DNA from: Sminthopsis crassicaudata
Taxonomy: Eukaryota
DNA: 64,000 nucleotides
NCBI RefSeq assembly: GCF_048593235.1
Contig: NC_133622.1
Span: 183,954,001-184,018,000 of the forward strand
Direction: 5' to 3'
Shown: positions 13,560 through 24,175 of the stretch, one piece after another
Layout of the letters: each line of letters begins with the position of its first letter
Position numbering within the stretch: position 1 is the stretch's first letter
Translations under genes and position numbers: made by a program
Notes under the pieces: model-generated
The model's input: only the letters and a program-made list of their open reading frames with translations
Told to the model about the DNA's origin: nothing
Database searches by the model: none

Positions 13560-14460
13560 GAATTTGAGAGATGGAAAGGACTTCAGTTTAATCCATGCCT
13601 GAAAAGGAGTCCCCTGCTACATATACCACCTCACCCCCTAAAAAGAGTTATCCAGGCTCTGCTTGAAGACCTGTGTCTATGACCCAGTAGCCATTCACAC
13701 CTGATACAACCTATTGCATTTATGGACAGCTTTAATTGGTAGGTAGATTTTCCTATTATCAATCATAAATGAGCTCAATCCATCCATTGTTGCAGGAAAG
13801 ATCCAATGGGACCAAAAAGAGCAAATTAATGTCTTCTATTTAAGAACTTGAAGCTAATTAGCTACACTGCCCCCTGCAAACTTTTCTCCTATGGCTTATG
13901 ACCTCGACTCCAGGACATTTTCTATCTTCATTTTCTTCCTCTGCAGTTTATCTCCAGTTTATCAAAGTCCTTACTAAACTGGCACCCAGAACTAAACACA
14001 ATATCCTAAAGGTAGCCTGACCATGGCAGAGAACAGGGTAATTGCCACCTTCTGATTCCTGGAAGCGGCTGATCTTCCTCAATGAAACCCAAGATTGCCT
14101 TAGGTTTTTGGCTGCCTCACCACATTGCTGACTCATATAGAACTTACCGTCTACTCCTCATTCCCCCCCCCCCCCTCTCTCTGGCCTTTCCTCTCCCTTC
14201 TCTGATTATACAAATTGATTGTTTGAGGCCAAAGGTAAGATTTAAGGCTAATCAGGTAAGATGAAAATCCAGGAGGATAAATGTCTTCTGTCCCTTTTGG
14301 ACTTTGACTGTCATCCACTACATCAGCCATCTCTCTCCACTTTGTGCCTTCTGCCAGTTTTGATGAACATGTCTTCTGTGTCTTAATCACTGCTTGAAAT
14401 GTTAAAGAGTATTCAGTCTGATTATTAATTCCCTTCAATTACCAATTTTTTAATCCTATT
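13560..14460 (-). mobile_element. CR1/L3 LINE fragment (RT C-terminus and 3' end)
   Basis: ORF 13948-14136 MSQQCGEAAKNLRQSWVSLRKISRFQESEGG... matches the recalled CR1 motif MSQQCxxAAKKANxILGCI...VQFWAP. Confidence 0.8.
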
Positions 14461-15056
14461 CAAAGTTTCTTCTAGTTAGACCAAGAAAGGGAGAATTTGA
14501 ACCCTAGTCTGATGGCTCCTGTATTCTTTCTGATAAACTCACTACAGTAATATAGCAGCAAAACTCAGCCTAGAATCTGGTTCTTTCCTAGCTTTCCTAT
14601 TCCTCTATTTCACTAAGCCTGAATCATCTCCCTTGTTTAAAATACAGTGCAAATACCAGACTTATTCATTTGCTGTGTAAAGGGAGACAAGGCATTTCAC
14701 CTCTGTGAGATTTTTTTTTCCCCCCTGTCTCCTGAGGGGGGTGGAATTTTATTATCTCCAATGTCTTTTCCAGTTCTAACATTCTATGTTGTAAATGTGT
14801 CAAAAGAGCTGGATGGGAGCATTATGGTAAGCCTGGGTATTTGCACAAAGTAGTTGTGCTGTTAGACTAGACAGCTGTAGTTCTCTGTTGATTCCTGGAA
14901 TATATGAGACAGTGCAGATAACACTAATGTCTCAGATCTGACTTTCCTGTGAAGGGAATAGAAGTACTTAGATTTCTTTCATCTCCCAATAGCCTTAGTG
15001 ACTAAGGTTCTGTGCCAAGGGGGTGACCTGATGGTGTCCACATCAGAAAGCAATGG

Positions 15057-15658
15057 TATAAGGATGCGGTTCCCGCAAAACAAGAGAAGGGAATTGTAAG
15101 GGCCCTTTAAATGGGCGGCACCACAGTGCAACAGGAGATTTGAGTGGCCTAGAAGTATTCTCTGTGGATATAGGACTGCCCTGTGGGTGGGATCCTGTCC
15201 ATATTGAGATAGCATCGTAATGGGTGACAGCTCTTTCTCTGGTTGGCTGTGTGTGTGACCTCACAGGCCCTTTATAAGTCCACTGCAGACAGCAGTTGCT
15301 CTCTTTAACCTGGCTCCCTAGCCTGGGGTAGCCAACCCAAGCCAAGCTGATGGATAGCCGAGAAGTAAGGAGTTTGGTAGAGAACACGTGGGTCTTCAGA
15401 CCAGGTGTTCACTAGGGAACTGACAAGTCAGGACATTATGTGAGTGGTTATAATAAAGGCTTTTAAGATTACACATGGCTGTTCTTGAGCGTGCTACTGG
15501 TTATTAAACTATAGATTCAAGAGATCGTGGCCAGAGACCGAGAAGGCCTCAGAGGAGGCGAGCCGGGTAGAGTTGACACTGCAAAGATCAGTGGTCAAAG
15601 GTGCTCTGTTGGGCCTACGTCAGACTAGTAATTGTAACTGTCAGGAGGGCATGTTACA
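15057..15658 (+). mobile_element. ERV2-type LTR (15095-15658, TG...CA) with retained PPT/internal stub; same family as 51720-55567
   Basis: Colinear with the reverse complement of the 51720-52295 LTR (roughly 85% by eye); TATA 15271-15278, splice donor GAA|GTAAGG at 15365, AATAAA 15452-15457; TSD caatgg at 15051-15056 and 15659-15664. Confidence 0.92.
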
Positions 15659-16691
15659 CAATGGAGTGGGAAATGTGATGGACTTGTAGTCAGTGTGCCC
15701 ACAGAGCCTGGGTAAAAGTCTTCAGTTTCTCTCACCTATAAAATGGGGAGGATAATCCTTTGAATCTTGAGTCACTTATTTTATCCTTGTAAGTAAATCA
15801 GTTACTACTAGTAACAATTATTGACCAACTGCAACCAATGAGTAAGTTAAGCCCAAGAGCCCAGACTACCCTAGTTATTACTCTAGGAAGCAATCTTTAT
15901 GGACATATGACTTGGCAAATGCTTCTGCCCATGTTGCTGTCATGGCTACTGATGACTCAGAAAAGAAATTTCTTGCACCAAAATCCTTGGTGCTGTCAAA
16001 TGCTATAATATCAGAAACTGATATGATGTTATTAACAGAAATGACATTAAAGCAGAGGGATTATCATCTGCTTTACTTCTGTCCCTTAACAATCAATGGA
16101 TTTTTGTCAGTGGAACTTTTCATAGACATTGTCTTCTGAATAGAATGTGAGTGGCTTGGAAGCAAGGACTGCCTTTTAGAATTTATATTCTTGGATCTTA
16201 GCATGGTGTTTTGCACAAAGTAAGCACTTAAGTGCTTTTTAAAAATCATTCATTTCTTCTTTACAGTAGAAATATAAACAAATACAAGTCAATTTGAGGA
16301 GATAAAGGTAGTTGAGGAGAAGTTGTATGAAGAAAAAAGTGGTACTTCAGCTATATCTTGAAGGGAAAAAGGCCTCATATCAAGGCAAATCAGAGTAGAA
16401 AATGTATTCCAGTTACTGGACCACTATTACAAAGGTAAGGAGATAGGATCTAGTGTGTGCTGTGTGAAGAAGAAAAATCAATTTAAATTTCCACTCATAG
16501 AATGGAGGAGTAGGAATAATTTTCAATGAGGCAGGAAAGAAAGATTTGAGCCCAGTTATATAAAGACTTTATAAATTAAACAAAATATTTTCCTATAGGT
16601 CATAGGGAACCAAAGTAATTGTTGAGTAGAGGGAATCACAAGGTCACAAATTTAGTTAAACATAATCACTTTGGCAGCAGTGTACAGTATT

Positions 16692-17043
16692 ACTGTTCGT
16701 CCTTCATTTTTGAAGATGACCAATGAATGATATGCTAGAGCAAAGTACTTGCTTCTGCCACATTCTTGACCATTGCCACAATTGTTCTTATTCACCCATT
16801 CTGTCAGAATAACTCTTCACATGCTCCAAGAGACACCCTCCTAATTCACTGATGGGTTTGAGGTCTGTAAGTTGCCTTCTATCTGATTTAGTCTCTCTGA
16901 TAATAGTTTACTGGTGTCTGGCTGCTGTACATGTTACAGCTTCTTAGACCCACAGGTAAGAATTGGGTGAATCAGATGGACGTCAAAGGTAGATGAGCAG
17001 TTCTCATACCAGAAGTACTACTCCTCACTTTATACCCCATACA
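16692..17043 (-). mobile_element. RTE-derived SINE / RTE fragment (WALLSI-like)
   Basis: ctgttcgtccttcatttttgaagatgacc tail plus RTE 5'-like body (cactgatgggtttgagg...acagcttcttagacccacaggtaag). Confidence 0.75.
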
Positions 17044-17789
17044 CGCCAGTGTGTAGGTTAGGCTGGAGTGGGAGAAACTTGAGGAAAAAAGACCAATTAG
17101 GTACAGCTCTTGCAATCATCTGATCAAGCTTGACAATGAGTTAAGGTAGTAGCTGTGTGAATGGAAAGAGACTGGAACACTGTGGAAAAGCATTATTTGA
17201 CAACTGATTTGTTTTGTGGGCTGAGGTAGAGTTGAGCAGGATTGTGCAAAGACCTGTTTTAAACTATTTGGAGGAATTTCAAGGTGCTAATTCCTATCTG
17301 TTAGTAAGACACTAATTACCCAGGGAAAATGAAAACTTAATGAAAAGGAAAAACTGGCCAGATTTAAGATGAATGCTATATAAACCATTATAAATGAAAA
17401 GGGAATAATAAAAGTTCCTGCAGAAGTATACGAGAATTATGATGAGAGGAGAGAGGGAGAATGAAGGGTCAAGGTCCCAGACTAGGAAGGGGATTCATGT
17501 TTCCATATCCTGGAGTTACAAAGGAATATAATTTTCTGACTTATTAAAAAAATCAAACAATTATGAATTATGAAAAATGCTTGGATTTAGAATCATGAGC
17601 CTGAGACAGTATTTTGGCCCTGGTACATATTAACTTTGTGATCCTGAGAGTAAATCATTTATTTCATCCTTTCTGTCCCTTCATTTACTCATCTGGAAGG
17701 TAGGAATCAACACTTGTATCATTTACCTTTCAAGTCTGTTATAAACTAGATGTTCCGTGAATTATTAAAGAACTACAGCAACATATTTT

Positions 17790-17877
17790 ATTTTTTTTTG
17801 ACAGGATTCTTTTATTATATTTTATTTGTTACAATATAACCTAGATACAATACATGTATGTAAATACCATTTTCTTG
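17790..17877 (-). mobile_element. Very short L1 3'-UTR insertion
   Basis: Matches about 46850-46930 of the young L1 (gacagg...gttacaatata...tacaatacatgt.tgtaaata.cattttcttg); TSD cag(c/t)aacatatttt at 17776-17789 and 17878-17891. Confidence 0.75.
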
Positions 17878-19451
17878 CAGTAACATATTTTCATAGAGAG
17901 TGAGGACCTACAGGTCTGTATGTGCTATCAGCCATCAGTGATCTTGCTTACCTGTTTTCCTTCATCAAAAGGAATGGTTTGATGATGGGGGGTTGTGGTA
18001 TTATTTTTTTTCTTAGTATTAATCTTTGGTATTAAAAGGGTTTTCAATACAAGTTTAGGGGACAAAGAAAAGCAATGAATCTTCAAATGGTTTGCTATTC
18101 AACAAATATTTGCATGTCAACTGCTGTCTGTGGGAGATTTGGGAAGAGGTGATTCAGAGAGGTTAAAACATAGCCCTTTCCCTCAAGAAGATTGTCATCT
18201 AGAAAGGGTTAAACATCTGCCCAGCCCTGGAGGGACAAAAACAGAATGTCTTCCTAAGGGTTCAAAGCAAAGAGCAATCACATTTGGAGGAAGGGATAAA
18301 TTCTGGGAAGTCTTTAGAAGGAAGGTTTTTCATCTCTGTGGCCTGAAGAGACCAGGGAGTGTGTTAAGAGAAGATTAAGTAATAACAATTTGGAATATGG
18401 GGTATGTGAGAGGGAGAATAGGAAAATAAGAACAAAGAGGGAGGTTGAGCCTAGAATTTGGCCAGCCTCCACTTTTCTCCTTAGAAACCCTTCCTTGACT
18501 GGTTTCATAGATACCTTTATAAATTAGACCAATTGACTAGCATATCCTGGGACATTTGCCAACCTGCTGGAAAAAAGTAGGGGAGACAGCTTAGTAAAAA
18601 AAAGAAAGCTCTCTGGATTTAGACCAAGGTGACCAGGATCCAAATCTGACTCTGCTTTTTTATTAGCTGAGTGACCCCAAATAAACAGCATCTTCTTTTT
18701 GAATTTTCATTTCTTTATCAGTGAGATGAAGGTAATACTTTAATTTCTTTCTTCTCAGAATTGTTTTGGGGAAAATACTTTGTAAAATTTAAAAAGCTAT
18801 AGGAAGTATAATTTAGTTTAATGATTTTAAAACAATTTAATTATAGAAATCATAAATATTATGAGCCAAAAAATCAGAGTTAGTGCACAATTACTCTAGT
18901 AATTTATACTGTAGGGATTCTTTAAAATGCCCAAGCACTTTTGGAATCTTTGGGATAAAATTAATTTTAGATTTTTCTTAATGGACATTGAATATCAGAT
19001 CTGGGAAGGACTTGAGAGATCATTTAATCCAGTTTATAGATAGGAAATTGAGGCCCCAATGGCAGAGGGGACTTATTCAAGTCACAGAAACTAAGCAATT
19101 GGGTCAGGACTACAATTTTGAGTACTCTAAATCCCAGCTTCTTAAATTTTGGATCGCATATCGGGTCTTGTAACTGAATGTAGGGGGCCATAAAATGTAT
19201 TAATTATTATCAGTAAATGTTTGATTTATATGCCTATTTTATATACCCAAGGTCATATAAAAATATCTTGGGTGAAAAGGGGTCATGAATGGCAAAACCC
19301 CTTTGGGGTTCAAGGGACTTAAAGGATGCATAGGATTTGGAGTTGAGAGTGAAAATCTTACCACAATGGAGAATGTGATCATAATTATGAAGGCATTATT
19401 TATGGGGTTAGGTTTAGTAAGAAAACCAGCTTCTTTGGAAAAGATATTTCA

Positions 19452-19790
19452 GAGAGTTGTTGTTTGTCCTTCATTTTCAAAAAGGACCAATGACGTTATG
19501 GAGTGATGTCTTGACTTGTGAGTGAATTGGGTAAATAAGACAGAAATGCACAGCCATGTGCGTCACTCTTTCTTCCAGTCGTTAAAGTGCAGTAGCCAGA
19601 CAAAAGTCAGGATGACTGGCAATGACCCAGGATGCATTGGATATCCTTAGGATCTTTGATAGCTGACCAAGCTCTAAGTGCTCCATAGTGCCTGATTTGC
19701 TGCCTTCATGCCAATTGGAACAAATTGCTTGCATCTACCATTTCCAATGGGGGCAGTTGTCACGTGTTTGGGATCGACATCCCTCTAACC
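19452..19790 (-). mobile_element. RTE-tailed SINE (WALLSI4/RTESINE-like)
   Basis: gttgtttgtccttcattttcaaaaaggaccaatgacg...gacaaaagtcaggatgactggcaatgacccaggatgca. Confidence 0.8.
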
Positions 19791-20112
19791 ATCAGATGGT
19801 TATATGCTATATATGCTATATATACTATATATGCTACAGCTTCTAGGAACCACAGAGGAATAATGGGCAGGTTTGAATGTGTGGCCAAGGAGTTTGAGTG
19901 GTATTGCAGAGATAAAGAGAATCGGTGTAAAGAAAAAAATGATCACTCTAAATGGTCAATCCATTGCTCCCCCACCTTCTCACTCCCTTCTTTGTTCTTA
20001 GTTCTTTTACCTAGGATCATCCCTCTTCTAAAACAACCCTTCAAATATTAGAAGAGAAGTTTCCTGGTCTCCCCACTTGCCTAAAGTGTTTTTTTTTCTT
20101 TAAGATAAATAC

Positions 20113-20268
20113 ACGGGCAGCTAGGTGGTGCAGTGGATAGAGCACCAGCCTTGAATTCAGGAGGACCTGAGTTCAAATTTGGTCTCAGACACTTAACACT
20201 TCCTAGCTGTGTGACCCTGGGCAAGTCACTTAACCTCAGCCTCAGGGGGAAAAAAAAAAAAAAAAAAA
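20113..20268 (+). mobile_element. Young WSINE1 with poly-A and TSD
   Basis: gggcagctaggtggtgcagtggatagagcaccagcc...cagcctcagggggaaaa; TSD aagataaata on both sides. Confidence 0.93.
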
Positions 20269-22171
20269 AGATAAATAGATCCTTCAAAGTAGGTAGTTTG
20301 ATATATTAGAAATAAGACTAGCTATGGAGTCAAGGGATCTCCCATCCATCCCACCTTGGATGCTAGCTGCTTTTTTGTAGTTGAACAAGCCATTCAACTT
20401 CCTAGGTCTCAGTTTTTCCATCTGTAAAACGAGGGTTTGGACTACATAGCCTCTGAGGTCTCCTAACTTCAGATCAATAGGCCAAAAAAGGGGCCTCCTA
20501 TCTCAGAGCCCCCCACCATCTTGTTTTCTTCTGGATGTTTTCCAGCTTATCAACATCCTTCCTGAAATCTAAGTTATTGGATAGTTTCCATGTACATCTG
20601 TGTCAGTCTCTTCAGTTTCTCCTTTGAGGTATCTGTCCTTTTACCTTCACTCACATTGTGATCACCCCTTTCAGGCCCTTTTCTTGCCTAGTTTATATTA
20701 ATAGCCTCTTAGCTGATGTCTGTGCCTCTGTTCTATCTTTCACACAGCTGCCAGATCAATCATTCTAAAATGTTATCTTGATATAATCTTGCTCAGAAAT
20801 CTATGCCATCTTCATTGCCTCCATAATAAAGCCCAATGTCCTTGGTCTGGCAATTAAGTTCTTCTGCAAGGTGGCTTCGATCCTCATTTTAATTTTGGGA
20901 TAGGGACTACAGCAATGATTTCATTAAAGAGGGAACTCCCAAAGGAAAATTCTCTTCACCAAAGCACATGGACACTTTCTCTGTAGTTTATAGCCTTACA
21001 ACTTAGAACCTAGAACCCCAAGGGCTTAAGTGACTTGACTAGGGTCCCACAATCATTTATCTTGACTCTGAGGCTAACTCTCTGTTCATTATGCTATGCT
21101 GCTTTCCTGGAATTAGTAAGGTGTTAATAAGTAGTTTTAATGTATGATCAATCAATAAACATCCACTAAATAGCTGTTATTTGCTAGAAAGTGCTGCAAA
21201 TAGAAATATGATGGTAGAAATAATCCCTGTTAAAATAATTTATATTCTAATGGGGGATAGGTACACACACACCCACAAGAATAAATGCAAAATAGTTAAA
21301 TACCGGTAGTTTAGGAGGCAATCTAATAACAATTGGATGAGATGGAGTATTTTCTTTGTGAAACAGACAGAAAGCCAGTGACATTGGATCAAGAGTATAT
21401 GTAACAGAGGGAAGGAGGAAAAAAAAAAAGAACTCAAAGTAAATATTGAAAACTATTTTTACATGTAATTGGAAAAATAAAATACTAATTTTTTTTTTTT
21501 TAAAGAAAGACATCCTCTGACAGCTGGCTCAATAACAGCTGGATTACATTGGGAGACTGGAGGCAGAGGGACCAGTGAGAAGGCTGGAGCATAAGTTAGC
21601 TATTTTGCAATATATTCTCCTGGACACCGAGGCTCATCCTCCCTGCCTCCCCCACCCTCCTCTGAGCTTTTCAGGACTTGTGAAAAACCAATGGCTGTTA
21701 AAAAATCCCCTTTATTCTTAGCCAAGCCTGCAGCTGTGGAGAGCCTTACAAACAGGAAACTGAGTAATAATGCCAAAGGGACACAGTGAGGAAAGGAAAT
21801 ATCCTGGGACCCCTCTGATGGTTGCAGTTCCTGGCCTCTTAACACCACTTCCAAAAAAGATAGAATCCCTGGGTTCCTTTAAAGCAAAGTTCTTGTTTTC
21901 CCTCTCTTTCCCTATTTCCCCTTAAGTAGTATTCTTTCAGCTAGGTTTTTTCAGTGACTAGACTGCTGGACTTGAAGTCAGACCTGAGTTCAAATTCTTA
22001 CTAATGATATGACTTTGGATAAGTCACCTTCAGCCTTAATTAATTTCCTCATTTGTAAAATGAGCATAGCAGTTACATTCCATGATTGATGTGGGTATGA
22101 TAGTTGATGAGATACATAAAGTGCTTTATAACCCTTTAAGTTCTCATATATAAATGTTAACTACTATTATT

Positions 22172-22256
22172 TTTTCCTTTTCTTTTTTTTATTATAGCTT
22201 TTTATTTACAGCAGATGGCAGGTTGACCAATACATGTTAAATATGTTAAAGTATAA
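22172..22256 (-). mobile_element. 85-bp L1 3'-end insertion with internal deletion
   Basis: TSD gttaactactattatt at 22156-22171 and 22257-22272; junction tttatttaca|g|cagatggcagg lacks ~95 nt present in the copies at 23620-23833 and 36250-36460. Confidence 0.85.
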
Positions 22257-22889
22257 GTTAACTACTATTATTAACACCATTATTACTACCATTATTATGC
22301 TGCCTTTGCTGTATATCCTACCCTCACTATCCGATTTTTGCTTAACCCAAATTAGTGAAGCCCATTAGCTGGTCCATGTCCCTGATAATTGCTGGAGGTG
22401 CAGTGAAATGTAGCAACCTCAGAACCAGGAAGGGGTTCTCTAATGGTGCTGGTGCACAGAAGAGAATGTAAAGTACTTGCTGAATGTCAGCCCTGAGAAG
22501 CAGCTTTGGATAATATCAGTAACTCAGAGGGATTGTAGAATGGAGCCTGTGGAATGTCGGAGCTGGAAGGAAGCTGAGAGGTTACCTGGTCACACATTAA
22601 CACAAAGGCCCAGGATAACCAGCCGGTTACCAGAGTGGCCTTGAAAGACACAGATTCTCAATAACTTTGTTGCACACAAAACTTTCCTTCTTACACATGA
22701 ATTTATGTGTTACAATGTAAAAAATTACAATGAATTACATACATTACTCCTAGATTCTAAAGTGTACCTCTGTAGGAAATACCTGTGCCAGACCTGCATG
22801 TGGTCAACACAATTGTAATGAGCCATTTAAACCTGGGGTCTCAAAGAGGAGACAGCCAGAAATGAAAGGGAAGCTATCCCTTCCCAGGT

Positions 22890-23110
22890 GGGCAGTGAGA
22901 TGGCACAGCAGATAGACCACTGGGTTTGGATTCAGGAAGTCTCAGCTCTGAGTTCAAATTTGGTCTCAGATACTTAACAGCTCTCTGACTAGCCATTGAA
23001 CGTTGTTTGCCTCAGTTTCCTCATCTGGAAAATGAGCTGGACAAGGAAATGGCAAACCATTCCAGTGTCTCTGCCAAGAAAACCACAAATGGGTCATGAA
23101 TCCAATCCAA
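22890..23110 (+). mobile_element. Mar1-type SINE with RTE tail
   Basis: gggcagtgagatggcacagcagataga...gagttcaaatttggtctcaga...aatgagctggacaaggaaatggcaaacca. Confidence 0.85.
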
Positions 23111-23619
23111 GGATTGGAACTTTTGAGACTGAACCTCCCAGTGTCACGCTCCACTTCTTGCTTACCTGTGAGTCATCTTTAGTTTATTGACTTACTTTCC
23201 TAGGTATTGGGAGGCTTTGAGAAAAGAGAAGATTTATCTATGATTTGCAATGTTTATTTTGGCAACTGTAATATAAGGGAAATAGCAGCCAAGACTGAAC
23301 TGGGTCATTAATTGGCTATATGACTTTAGGAGAGTGCTCAGCTGTCTTTGGATCTGGCTCCTCTCTGGTTAAGTTAGTGGGGTGGGGCAGGCCTGGGTGC
23401 TCTCTGACGCCCTATTCAGTGCTGACATTCTTGGGGAGTTGGGGAAGAAAACTCCTAGCCCAGCACTGTGTTTATGGTGCGAAGAAGCAGAGTCCAAGGA
23501 ATGTGGGGACAATAGGAAGAGAGGGGTGGAGTAAACTTTGAACCATGACCAAGAAAGACCAGGACTAACTTTACTGAGTGCTTCTCTGGGGATGGCCTTT
23601 GAAACTAGGTTATTTTCAA

Positions 23620-23833
23620 CTGTTTGGACATGTATACATGTATTGTATTTAATTTATACTTTAATATATTTAACATGTATTGGTCAACCTGACATCTGGG
23701 GGGAGGGGGAGGAAGGGGAAAGGAGGGGAAAAATTGGAATAAAAGGTTTGGCCATTGTCAATGCTGTAAAATTACCCATGCATATATCTGGCAAATAAAA
23801 AGCCGTAATAAAAAAAATAAAATAAAAAAGAAA
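23620..23833 (+). mobile_element. Short 5'-truncated L1 3' end with 19-bp TSD
   Basis: G-rich tract, AATAAA and A-tail; TSD gaaactaggttattttcaa at 23601-23619 and 23834-23852. Confidence 0.9.
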
Positions 23834-23865
23834 GAAACTAGGTTATTTTCAAGGGAGAACAATAA

Positions 23866-24175
23866 CTTTTTTTTTTTTTTTTTTTTAAAGCTGGGTCTCC
23901 GTATATCTCCTTGTCTGGAAATGTACCAGCCAAAATGGGCTCAATATCAGTGCTGATCAGTGGGGAAACTTTGACTTGCTTTGTTTCTGATCTGGTTCAG
24001 TTCCCCAATCTTAACTAGTATGATGGTCCTCCCCCTTTCTCCACAGAGCCCAATATATTGGTACTAAATCAGTGTGCAGCCCCAGTTGTCTTTATCCCTA
24101 CTGAAGCTCAAAACTTCTGAGCTTGAGCTATCTACCAGCCTCAACCTCCCCCAGCAGAAGGAATCATAAGCAGGG
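23866..24175 (-). pseudogene. RN7SL: Near full-length 7SL (SRP RNA) retrocopy with poly-A tail
   Basis: Colinear over ~290 nt with the recalled reverse complement of 7SL (gggtctc...gctgatcagt...tttgacttgct...gtttctgatctgg...atggtcctcccc...ccagcctcaacctccc); 21-nt poly-T at the left; heavily diverged. Confidence 0.85.

Noticed and set aside
14979-15056. Open frame upstream of the 15095 LTR (LPIALVTKVLCQGGDL...) as a retroviral env/pol tail
   Set aside because: It lies outside the caatgg TSD and does not match the internal 3' end of the full element, so it is host flank
20113-20180. tRNA-like sequences (A/B boxes) at SINE heads
   Set aside because: They run directly into the CORE domain and poly-A with TSDs, so these are SINEs, not tRNA genes
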